Shown: positions 1-11,684 of the stretch, piece after piece | Layout of the letters: each line of letters starts with the position of its first letter | Position numbering within the stretch: position 1 is the first letter of the stretch | Assembly: GCA_043228905.1 (NCBI GenBank) | Contig: JBHGNT010000010.1 | Coordinates: 21,948,001 to 22,012,000 of the forward strand | Reading direction: 5' to 3' | Length of the DNA stretch: 64,000 bases | DNA from: Azolla caroliniana | Taxonomy: Eukaryota > Plantae > Polypodiophyta | Program-made: the position numbers and the translations under genes | Notes under the pieces: model-generated | What the model saw: only the letters and a program-made list of their open reading frames with translations | Database searches by the model: none | What the model was told of the DNA's origin: nothing

Positions 1-468
1 GCGGCGGTATTACACAGAGGCGTCGACCTCTTCCTTCCTCTTTCTCTCTCTCACTCTCGCTCGGCTGCTCTCACTTCGCTCCCTCTTAGTGGACAACAGA
101 AAAATGAGCAACAACGAAAACTGTTTGCCCTAAGTCATATTTATACATATATGACTTTCGGGCTATTTACAAGTATAGCCTCAAGGGCCCTTGGCAAACA
201 TATTCACAAATATGTCTCCGCATCCGGATCTCTCTCCGGGTACATACGTCATCCGGCTCCGTAACCGGGGTCTTCAGCATCCGGCTCCGTAACCGGGGTC
301 TTCAGCATCCGGCTCCGTAATCGGGGTCTTCAGCGTCCGGATCCGCAGCCGGGTACTCTTCATCCGGCTTCATGCCGGGTACTCTTCATCATATGGTTCC
401 GTAGCAGCCTCCGGGCTTGCCGTCATTCATCTCCGGACATCCCATCCGGAGGGACCGAAATCCCAACA
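1..468 (-). mobile_element. Copia-family LTR, 5' part; continues out of the window
   Basis: The reverse complement starts TGTTGGGATTTCGGTCCCTCCGGATGGG at 468, homologous to the start of the solo LTR at 3159. It shares the 'gggctatttaca...tagcc' block with the LTR at 42706-43249. It contains 28-bp CCGG-rich tandem repeats at ~250-333. Confidence 0.8.
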
Positions 469-1522
469 TTATCAATGTTTTGTAACTTATTCTCTCTGTG
501 TTGTTTCAATTCTAAGATGTATCTAATAGTTTAGGGAGGGTGGGAGAGGAAAAAAGTATGTCTTGGTATTTTGCCCTTATCTCGGCATAGGTGGGGCATT
601 TGCATGTAAAATGGTACTCATCCTCTATCTCTATGTGGCTCACCATTCAAAATCATCTGCTTGCAACAAATTGTTTTAGGGACCTCATGAAGATATGAGT
701 TTTCATTATATGGGTTTTCTCAATGGTTAAATGGGTTACACATTATTGGTGATAACATCCTCAAAAAATTGGAAGCATCACACTCTATGGAACCCAAACA
801 AGCTTTATAAGATAGTGTCACCCCATTAATGTCAAATCTTTAGGTAGATGTGGCTCCAACAAATAGTTAAGATCTCGCTCCTATATTTCAGTAGAGAGAA
901 AATGTATGTGCCTTGAAACGAGCTCGGTGTAGTCCCACTTGGAGAATTTATCTGATGTTGAACGAGCAATCTCACTCATTGCGTTGTTTTATTGACTTTG
1001 CCACGACACCACTTTTTCAACTCAGCATGTGTCACAATTAACAATGGTGGTCATACCCCATTGTATACTTCATAAGAATTTTTTGTACCTTTGGCTAGGT
1101 TTCCTTTAAGAAGGGTTGTGCTTCCTCCCAATACATCCATCATAGGTAGCAAGACTTGGACTATCAATGTATGGAGATATCTAATCTTTGTTTACCATGT
1201 TTGGAGGTTTCCCGTCAAACATTTTGCCAATTTCCTCCTTTCCACCTGTTGAGAATCGAACTCAACTTCCCCAATGAAGTGCTTTCACACTAGCAGTGGA
1301 CACACTATGCTAGTTTTGTAAATAACAGAAAGGGCAGTTGTCTTAGACTAGTTGGTATTTAAACCAACCTTTTGTAACTTAGTTATTGTTGGATGTAATC
1401 ATACTTTTCACTAGCATAGCTTCTTGTTCTAAGCTCTCTCTCACTCTCTGTTTTGTCTTACGTACAACTCACACAATTTACTTCCGTTGCACAACATCAC
1501 TTATGCCTCTCATTTCTTTAAG

Positions 1523-1534
1523 TGGTATCAGAGC
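1523..1534 (+). promoter_or_regulatory. Primer-binding site for initiator tRNA-Met (Copia A)
   Basis: TGGTATCAGAGC 2 nt after the 5' LTR. Confidence 0.92.
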
Positions 1535-3158
1535 GTGTGGTTTTTTGATTGAGCTTATTCAACTGTGTTGTGCTACACACCGGCGATCAACAGAACCAGT
1601 TCAACAACAGAGAAGAAATTGACATCATGAATACTCATATGGGAAGCGCTCTTCCCACGGAGAAGCTCGATAGGACAAACTTCGCATCTTGGGAATACAA
1701 TATGCATCAATACCTTGTCCAACAAGGTTATTGGAGCTATGTTGAGGGAGCTCATGAAACGCAACCCAACCCAACACACACCGACTACCCAACCTGGGAG
1801 TAGACCACAAGCCGTGTGTTGTATTGCCTTGAATCATGCGTTCATGATCACATGCTCGGTTACATTTGAGAGGCGAAAATGCCAAAGGATGCTTGGGTCA
1901 ACCTCAAGAAAATCTTTGCTGCCAACATGGCTGCATGTAAGCTCCAACTCCGACAGGAGTTAAATAATATGCAACAGAGGGACATGTCAATCACCGGCTA
2001 TACCTTGAAGATCAAGGACTTGTGTGATGCCCTGGGGTCGATCAATGTCATAACCGATGATGATGAAATGGTGCAAATATACCTCAACGGCTTAGCACCA
2101 CGATTCGGCACGATCAGATCGTCCATTCTTGCAAGGGAGAATCCTCCCTCCTTTTTCGACCTTCAATCAATACTGTTGGTTGAAGAAAATCATGCCCGAC
2201 AAAGGAGCAATGCACCTGATGGTTAGATGCTCTACTCACAATCCGATGATGGAAGAGGATTTGGCCGAGGAAACCTCGGCCGACAGGTTCAGCCGACCCG
2301 AGAACACAATTCCCATCATTAGCAAGAGGTCAGAAACACTCCTAGGGAGTTCGGTAGAAGGGGGGGTCATCCTGCCGGACCGAGCCACCAAAACAACCTG
2401 ATCGAATACGGGTATTGTGGAAAACTCGTCCACTATGAAGAGGAGTGCCGAAAGAAGAAACGAGAGTCAGCTTTGGGTAGCCGACAACTCACTACCTATG
2501 CTACAAATTCCATCTACGACAATCATGGCGGTATGTTCATGATGAGACATAAACCACATTCAATGTCAACACAAAGGTCAAACAAGTACCTCCTCATCTG
2601 ATAATGTATGGTTTATCGACTCAGGAGCATCCAATCATATGTCATTGACGTCTCACGAAGATAGGTTCCGAGAGCTGAGAAAGCCTAATCGGCCCGGTTA
2701 TGTCAAAACCGGAGATGATCAACTCACTCAATTCGGCATATCGGAAATGTCCCATTTGGGAATGATGGCAAAAAAACCTACCTCAAGAACGTCTTGCATG
2801 TCCCAACCATCACGAAAAACCTGGTCTCGGTTGGCCAAATTGTCAACAAGGCATGCAAGTATGATTCAATAATGATGGGTGCTTCATTGAAAAAGACGAT
2901 CAACTCATAGCTCACAATCGAAGAGAAGACCGGATGTTCATCCTCGAATCAAACGAGGTGAAGTCAACCATGTTCGCAAAAGGCCTCAAAGTCGAAACCG
3001 ACTTGAAATTGTGGCACAAATGAATTGGCCACATCAATCTCCAGAAGCTCAAAGGAATGCAGTCAAAAGGAGTTGTCATCGGACTCCAGACTTTTACCAA
3101 AAAAGAGATGGTAGTTGTATGTGAAGCCTTTCAGTTCAACAAACAACACCGACAATCG

Positions 3159-3569
3159 TGTTAGGAAACAGGTCCCTCCGGATGGGAAGTGAGAAGAACA
3201 GTACTGATGAGCAAACTCGGCCGAGGCCGAATCCGGATGTGGAGTACCCGGCTACGGAAGACCCAGTGAGAACCGGATGGCGAAGACCCAGCTACGAAAG
3301 ACCCGGTGAGAACCGGATGACGAATACCCGGCTATGGAAGACCCGGTGAGAACTGGATGACGAGTACCCGGCAAGAGCTGGATGGTGAAGGCCCGGTGAG
3401 GAGTGCTCACCGGATGAAGGGACATATTCGTAAATATGTTTTCTGAGAGTCCATCGGGGCTATATTTGTAAATAGCCGAAAAGTCATATTAGTATAAATA
3501 TGACTTAGGGAAAACTTAGAGTATGTGGTTGTTGTCATTCTTGTTGGCCAAGATTAGAGCGCAACAGTG

Positions 3570-3619
<50 letters not shown>

Positions 3620-3888
3620 GAGTTCGTATTTCTGTTGTAACCGCCGCCTATGGCGAAGACAGTGAACAAGAGGTCGTTGCCTCTGTGTTCATCTATTGTA
3701 TATTGTTACATAGTGATAGTTAGCAGTCGGTGGACTGCCGTGGTTTTTCCTGTGTTTGGGTATTCCACGTAAACATCCTGTGTACTCTTCTCTCCATTGT
3801 GTCGTGCATTCATTCCCCGTTTTCTGTGTTTGATTCTAAGCTTGGTTGTGGCCGAGCGTTGTTCATCGGGAGCGTGTAGTTCCTGACA
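3159..3888 (+). mobile_element. Solo LTR (Copia family) inserted in Copia A
   Basis: TG...CA termini, perfect 5-bp TSD AATCG (3154-3158 / 3889-3893), internal CCGG-rich tandem repeats, TATA-like box and an (AG)n tract. Confidence 0.93.
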
Positions 3889-4597
3889 AATCGTTCCTGA
3901 TGGAGAGGAACATTAGAAAAGGGATCCTGGATGTAGTACAGTCATATGTATGGGAACCGGCACAAACAACCACATTCGGCGGATGCGGATATTATGTCAT
4001 GTTCATCAACGACTTCTCCAGACACACCTAGATCTACCCTATGCGGTAGAATAGCGAAATGTTTAGAAACTTCCAAAAATACAAAAACGAAGTCGAAAAG
4101 GAAACAGGTTGCCACGTCCGATGCCACTTCTTGGACAAATTTACAACTTATCTTTGAAAGGAAAGAATTCGATGAGAATTCTCATGCCGACACACACCTT
4201 ATCAAAACAGAGTAGCCGAACGAAAGAATTGGCACATAGTAGAGGTGGCAAGAGCAATGACGAATGATGAAAACCTGTTGAAATCATACTGGGCAGAAGA
4301 GGCTAACATAACCGTCTACCTCATGAACAAATGTACAACCTCTGGGTACACAATGCAACCTCTCACGAGAAGTTCTTCGGAAAGAAGCATGAATTATCCC
4401 TCGCCTATGTCCATATTGCCGACAAGAAGCGACAAAAGCTTGATCCGAAGTCGGAGAAATGTATCCTCATAGGGTACTTACTCGAACAAAAAGGGTACAA
4501 ATGTTACAATCTATCCACCCAAAAAGTTCAAGTAACTCAAGACCTTGTTTACGACGAGTCGGCATCTTGGTACGAACCGAAGACGACTCCGATTCCA

Positions 4598-5389
4598 TGT
4601 GTAAATAACATAGGACTAATAAGTACTAGGTAGTAGGATTTTGATGGGTACTTTGAGGTCCCATGAATAGAGAAGAATAAAGAATGTGTGGGGAGGAAAC
4701 TGAGGGAGAATCACTGACAAAATCAGTTGTCTTAAACGTGATGTAACGGCCTCCCCTTGTGCTATAAAAGGGGAGGCTTTGAATTGTTTTGGGAGCCACA
4801 TTTTGGGAGAACGAAGTGTTTTCCTACCGAGCTCTATAGACTTCCGTTTTTCTCTCAGTCTTTGTTCAAGTCATTATGTTGTGAACCCTTCGTTTCGCAT
4901 TGGTAGCCCGTGTGCTCCCGATCGGAGGCTTGCTAGCATCTGTGTGAGTGTCGGGAGCTCAAAGCTTTGTGTTGTTGGCAATGTCCAGTTGTAATCTTCT
5001 ATTTTCCTCTGTTAATTATTAGTATTTGTTGAGTCTGTGTTCGTGTTCGGTAATTCCGTGTCGTTTCTGTTTATCGAGTCCAGAGCTTGCGATATCATCT
5101 CTGCTCTATTCTTGTTCGAATGTGTGTGTTCGATGTGTTAGCTCGTGTCCTCATTGCCTGCTATCCGGCGCAGCCCCAGAAATGATAACGTGAGCCGAGT
5201 CGTGTGCTTGCCTCGCCGTCAGGCATCCAGAGACATGTCCGAACCGGATAGGATACTTGTTTGTACCACACCCCGGCGAAGTTACCTGGAAACCGATCCG
5301 GATAATCCCCTTTTCACTCAACGGCTCTTTGGTCTGAGACCCCCGTGCTCCCGCCCCATTCTGACACATCCACGCGGAAATCCGTGACA
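4598..5389 (+). mobile_element. Solo or truncated Gypsy LTR inserted in Copia A downstream of integrase
   Basis: Interrupts the Copia reading frame (..PIP | LESAN..). It has a TATAAAAGGGG box at ~4763 and ends GTGACA. It carries the AGACCCCCGTG motif shared with the LTRs at 54808 and 62803. No TSD is recognisable on the left. Confidence 0.7.
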
Positions 5390-6999
5390 CTGGAATCGGC
5401 GAACGAGATAGAAGACGAAGATCGATTGAGGCACATGTTCGAAGGAAGTTCGATTACGACAAGGCTAAGTAAGTGGACCACAAGACCCCCCGAGTGACCA
5501 AAGCACATCTCAGCCAAGTCTGAAGCTAGACAAAGGGAAGGCCAAAATGTCGGAATACAAAGATCCGATAAACAATGAGTCTACTCACTCCCTTGATAGT
5601 GAGTTCGAAGGCTTGGACTTCCCAATCATCTAGACGAATGGAGCGAAGAAAGCCCTAGTCTCTGCAAACAAGAAGCTCCGTCGCTCCACCCAAAAGAAAA
5701 ATAGGGTTAGTTGATTCGGCTACGATGAGTATATGGCATATCATTATGCCTTTATGATGAAGGTGGCGACAGTCGGAGAACTGGAAACCTTTATGAACAA
5801 AGAAATGCAAGCTCTAAACAAAAATGAGACATTGCTCGAATAATCATTGCTCTCGTAGCTGCTCAAGGGTGGCACCTTCATCAAATGGATGTAAAAAATG
5901 CCTTCATACAAGGCGAATTAGAAGAGGACGTCTTTATGATTCAACAACCCGGTTTTGAGTAAAAACCCGACAACAGTCAACCGACTCAAGAAGCTACTAT
6001 ATGGTCTCAAACACCACGTGCTTGGCATTCGAAAGTATCTTCATCAAATTGGCTTCCAAATGTCGAAATTGTACAACTCCTTGTACTTCAGAAATGAGTC
6101 AAACAACCCAATTGTCATCATCTTGTACATGGATGATCTGTTCATCAAAGGCAACAATCTAACCGACATTAACAATGTCAAATCACTCCTATTCGAGAGA
6201 TTCGAAATGAAAGATATGCACGAGCTTCATTACTTCCTCGGTATCGAAGTAATTCAGACACCAGTCGAGATAGTGATCTCTCAACGACACTACATTCTCA
6301 ACTTGCTCTACAAGTTCGGGATGACTGAGTGCAAACTTGTGTCTCCCCCTCTCAATTGAACCTCAAACTTGATGTCGATTTGGGATCAAAAGATTGCGAG
6401 CCTACTTAGTATCCTCAACTGATCGGCAGCTTAATCTACCTAACCATCACCTGGCCCGACCTTAGCTATTCGGTCAGTCTACTTAGTCAATTCATGCAAA
6501 AACCTCGGGATATACATCTCGATTGTGCTAAGAGAGTACTCAAGTACGTTTGTGGGACATTGGATTACGATGTCATGTATAAGTCGAATACGATCATTCG
6601 GCTTGAAGGGTAGCAATGTGCACGATTTCTGCTCAAACCGAATTGAACCGATTTAACGGTTTATTGGTTCCAAAACAATTTAATGGCTTGGTTTGGTTTT
6701 TCGATAAACGGTTCAATTCGGTTCTAAAACTCAGGTTTATAGGTTTGGTTTAATGTGTGGTTTGCATGTGTTCCTTTGTGCCACCCTTTTAGCACATCCT
6801 TTGTAGCTAAGCCAACCCAAATGGGTACCTTTGTATCACATATTTATATTTCTTATATTTATATTTATAGGTTTGGTTTATAGGCTAGTTTTTATTTCTT
6901 ATGTGCATTTCACATATTTGTGGAGATGCAGGGTACCAGTCCCGCATGTCCAAGCATCCACCTCTTCCCCCAATCCCCTTCCTACACGATAACCCTCAT

Positions 7000-7215
7000 G
7001 TCCCCCACCTCAACTAAGTCCAGGTGACCCTCAGTCCACAGGAGCAATGGATCTCTATCTGCCTATGGTCCTCCTATTCCTCACCTCAACCAAGTCTAGG
7101 TGGCCCTCAGTCCACAAGAGCGATTGATCTCTATCCTCCTATAGCCCTCCCGTCTCCCACCTCATCCAATTCTAGGTGGCCCTCAGTCCACGGGAGGGAT
7201 TGATCTCTATTCACC
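7000..7215 (+). repeat. ~76-bp tandem repeat, 3 copies
   Basis: CTCAGTCCAC recurs at 7030, 7106 and 7182 with flanking similarity. Confidence 0.8.
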
Positions 7216-7652
7216 AATTTCTAGCTCGTTTTCTGTCACTAGCCCCGTCCAACTATTATCTGATGAAGGCCGTCAGTTCCACGGGGATGTCTTCAACGTC
7301 GTTGCAGCTCAACTAGGTGTCCAATAGGTGCTTAAGTCCCCATACCATCCTCACCAGACACCTCAACAAGATCCTCAAGTGTCATGATATAGCAAGATTC
7401 GAACCCATGACCTTATGTTACATGGGTCGATCTCTTGACCATATGACTGTACATTGTAATACGAAGGATATTATTTTCATTTAAGTTTTACTATAGAAAA
7501 TTGATGTATATTCCAGATTTCTCAAGAACATTCTAGAAACTATAAAAGGAGGCACATGGCATTATTTCGAACCAAATCGGTTCAACGCCAATCTTAAGCC
7601 TCTTAGCTACTAATGTATATTCTCTTCACATAATATATATCTTTTGTTATCA

Positions 7653-7712
<60 letters not shown>

Positions 7713-7799
7713 TCTCTCGAGAGTTCTACACCTCTCTTAATACTAATCCTAATCTTTTAGTACTAATTCCTTCTCTATCTTAGTACTGTTCCTGACAGT

Positions 7800-7814
7800 T
7801 TGAACTGATTTGGT
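7800..7814 (+). promoter_or_regulatory. Self-priming PBS of the chromovirus
   Basis: TTGAACTGATTTGGT is the exact reverse complement of LTR sequence ACCAAATCAGTTCAA (13519-13533; 7571-7585 with one change), located ~30 nt after the TATA box at 7541. Confidence 0.85.
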
Positions 7815-10430
7815 CTCCTTCCTCCTCTTCCTTTTATCTTCTTTCTTCTCCCTCCCTTTATACTAATCTCTTATTCCTCTTTTCTCTCATACTATGGCCA
7901 TTGTTAGCGCTCAAGAATATCAATCCATTTTCTCGGAGTTGCAATGCTTGAAAGAGAAGTTTCTCACATTGGAATAAGAAAATCAACGATTGTTGGGGGA
8001 GCTTCAACAAATCTCCTTAGATAAGCAGCAAATGCAACAACAACATGGGGAACTAGTGTTACGTGTGCAACAACTCGAAACGACCATTGTAGCGTTACAA
8101 CAACAAGGACCAAGTATGCAAGGGATTCATAAAGTACCCAAGATCGGCATTCCTATGAAATTTGATGGAACACGATCACAATTTAGAGGATCCCTTAATC
8201 AGGTACGATTAGTCATTCAAATGCATCCTTCCCGATATCCCACTGATGCATCATGAGTGGGTCTAGTAGGCACGTTGTTAAGTGGCTTAGCTTTGGCATG
8301 GTTCGCTCTGTTGTTAGAAAAGGAATATCCATTACTAAACAATTTTGAAGAGTTTATAAGTGAGTTTAAAGCCTGTTTTGAATATACTTATAGCATAAGG
8401 ACAACAATCAACAAAATCCGATGATTACATCAAGGTGATCATCCAGCCTCCGCATACGCAGCAAATTTCCGTCTACTCGCCTCCGATATCCCTTGGGATG
8501 ACCAAGCATTAATGGAGCAATTTTGTTATGGCCTACGTAATGATGTCAAGGATTTACTCTTGACCTTCCCCGAAGAACCAAAGTCATTGACAGAAGCAAT
8601 CAGTCGCGCAGTACGATGTGATAACTGCCTCTTCGAACGATGTTCGGAACGTCAGTTTCAAATGCCGAGGGCAAGATCGGAGCCCACCTATGCTTCAGTT
8701 GTAGCAAAGCCTTTCCCAAGGGAGTCATTTAATACGTCTCCAACAAATACTCTGACTCCAATGGAAATCGACACTACACATCGTTGTGGACCACTATCGA
8801 AAGAAGAAAAGCAGTGACATCGGGCAAATCAATTATGTCTTTATTGCGGTGGACCAGGGCATATTGCAGTGAACTATCCCCATCGGCCAAGAAGGCAGGT
8901 AAATCAAATAACCGCTAGTACTAATATTACTAAACCCGAGTCTATTTCTCTAAGTGTGTCCGATAGTCCTAATAGCCCAAGCCTTTCAAACAAATTTGAA
9001 ATCCTTAGTCAACTAGAAGAAGAGTTAAATGATTAAGTCCTGCCAAAATAGGAGCCGTTTGGTTGGACAACCCTAGATCTGTGCAGCCCATTAGTGGTTT
9101 CATTTCTTCTAAGCAAGTTAGCAATGTGTTCTTAGCTCAAGTAATGGTTAGTACTAAAAGTACTCCTGCAGTACATGTCTTAGCACTCTTAGATTCAGGA
9201 GCCAACTCTTGCTTCATGGATAGGAATTTTGCCCAAGCTCATCAGATATCCCTAAGAAAATTGTCTTGCCCAAAATCTGTAGTAGTTATTGATGGTTGTC
9301 CCATTGCTTCCGGAAAAATCGTAGAGGAGTCAGAGCTGATTCAAGTTGTCCTAGATAACTTGGTGTGTGTAGTATCATTTAATATAATTAGTAGTCCAGA
9401 TCATCCAATTGTCTTGGGGTTACCGTGGTTCGAATTACATAGATTGGAGAACAAGAGAAAACCGATATCAACAAATCCGAGGATCTACTCATAAGATTGC
9501 AACCATTTCGCTACATCAATTGCGTGAGGAAGGACCCAAGGAAGCAATGTTTGTCTTCACGGTATTAGTAAAACCTTCCAACACTACTAAAGAGGAATCC
9601 ACAATTCAACTTCTAGAGAAGTATCGTCAATATGCCGATGTGTTCGATAAGGTACAAGCCAATACGCTTCCTCACCACCGACTGTATGATTGCCCCATCG
9701 ATTTACAACCGGTAAAAGAGCCACCATGGGGACCGATCTACAATTTGTCACCAACCGAGCTAGAAGTCCTTCGAGCATATATACAGGAGAATTTGGCAAA
9801 CGGTTTCATTCGACATTCGAAATCTCCAGTCGGTGCACCCATTTTCTTCGTCAAGAAAAAGGATGGATCACTTCGTCTCATCGTGGACTATCGCGACTTG
9901 AATAAGCTCACCATCAGGAATAGGTATGCACTTCCCCTTATCTCAAGTCTTTTAGAACGGATCAATGGGGCAAGGTTCTTCACAAAGATCGACTTACGAG
10001 GAGTGTATAACCTCGTACGGATCCGACTAGGAGATGAATAGAAGACCGAGTTCCACACCAGATATGGGCACTTCGAGTATATGGTCATGTCATTTGGTCT
10101 CACTAATGCACCAGTAGTCTTCCAGCACATGGCAAATGATATATTCCGAGATCTCTTGGATGTTTGTTTGATCATCTATTCAAAGACCCAAGAAGAGCAT
10201 GATTCTCATGTACTATAAGTACTAAAACGGCTTCGAGAACATGGTCTTTATGCAAAACTAGAAAAATGTAGCTTCGAGTCCAACCAGGTGGGATTTCTAG
10301 GCTATGTCATCTCCTCGGAAGGCATCTCCATGGATCCAACTAAGGTCAAAACGGTGGTAGAATGGCATACTCCATGTTTGTTGCGAGATGTGCAATGCTT
10401 TTTAGGCTTTGCCAATTTCTACCGCAAGTT

Positions 10431-11047
10431 TAGGGCATCCGACGGATCAGCCGGAAACCGACATCCGGCGAACCGGCGTCCGAAGACTAGATAAATAAAT
10501 ATATAAATATATATACATATACAAGGAGGGCAAGTAAGGGTTCAAACCTTGCACCTCCAAGTTAGGAGTCAATTGGCTTACCACTAAGCCAAGATATTTA
10601 GTTGAAATTATATTTCTATCATCGTACTTTTACATGTAAATTCTTATGCATGAGAGCTCAAATGAGTGACATGGTTATTATGCACCACCACATGTAATAC
10701 ACGAGCGCCAAATGGCAAACATGCATCATATGCATGGGGGCATCTATAAAAGGATGGATGAAAATGTATTATGGATCCAAGTATGAACTAAGAAATTAAT
10801 GAGAAGAAAATTCATTGATGATATATCTTGTTTCTTAAATCAAGAGTTAAAATCTTAATCTCAATATCTCGCTCTTTGCCATATCAATCTTTCTCAATCT
10901 AAGTCAAGCGTTTAATCTTAATCTCCTTCTCTCTCAATCTATCCTAAATACTTTCTCGCTAAGCTTGGTGCGAACTTTGATCCTTCCGGTCCAGAACCCT
11001 GGCGGTTCCGCCTCACGATCCGCGCCTAGTGACGGATCTTCACGACA
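10431..11047 (+). mobile_element. 5'-truncated Gypsy LTR (Phygy-like family)
   Basis: Ends TCTTCACGACA. Shares the 'gagctcaaatgag...gcgccaaatggc...atgcatca' block and TATA box with the LTR at 47051. Confidence 0.7.
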
Positions 11048-11216
11048 CCGGGGTCTCAGACCGGGGAGGACGTTCGAAATTGTCGAAAAGATGACGATGT
11101 GTATGTAGGAGTCGAGGAAACTAATGTCACACTTGAGAAGATCGAAGATTTTTATCCTTGAGAAGAAAATAGATGTCAAGAAGAAGAATAAGAAGAGTAT
11201 TATATTATAATTATTA

Positions 11217-11254
<38 letters not shown>

Positions 11255-11684
11255 CTCCAAATTGACCCCCCTTTACACAAGCCCAACTAGAGGCTTTTAT
11301 AGGACTCTCCATGCTTGTGACATGCACAAAACCATGGGCTAGAACCATGGTTTTGCTTATGACATGCACAAAACCATGGGCTTAAAACCATGGTTTTGTG
11401 CACGCGGTTTTGTACGTTTGTTTCCTATGGAATATTGAATATGAAAAGAAAATATACAAAATCTACAACACTTAGTAGTAGCTTTAGTGGTAAGCTAATT
11501 CGTTCCTATCTTGGAGGTGCAAGGTTCAAATCTTACTTGCACCCCTCTACACGCACTCAATGCCATTAGGAAACCCTAGGTTTATTTATTATTGATTTAT
11601 TTTCATTTTTACAAGTATTTGTGAAATGTGTGTGTATCCTCACTTTTTGACTTTTTCTCGAACTAAACACACCACATCACGACA
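11048..11684 (-). mobile_element. 3'-interrupted Gypsy LTR (Phygy-like family), reverse orientation
   Basis: The reverse complement begins TGTCGTGATG at 11684, has TATAAAAG near 11300 and a (GAT)n tract, and is cut at GGTCTGAGACCCCGG. The chromovirus pol resumes at 11685. Confidence 0.75.

Noticed and set aside
240-400. CRISPR-like repeat array (also 3240-3370, 7000-7215, 26700-27030)
   Set aside because: Eukaryotic context, no unique fixed-length spacers and no cas genes; these are ordinary tandem repeats.
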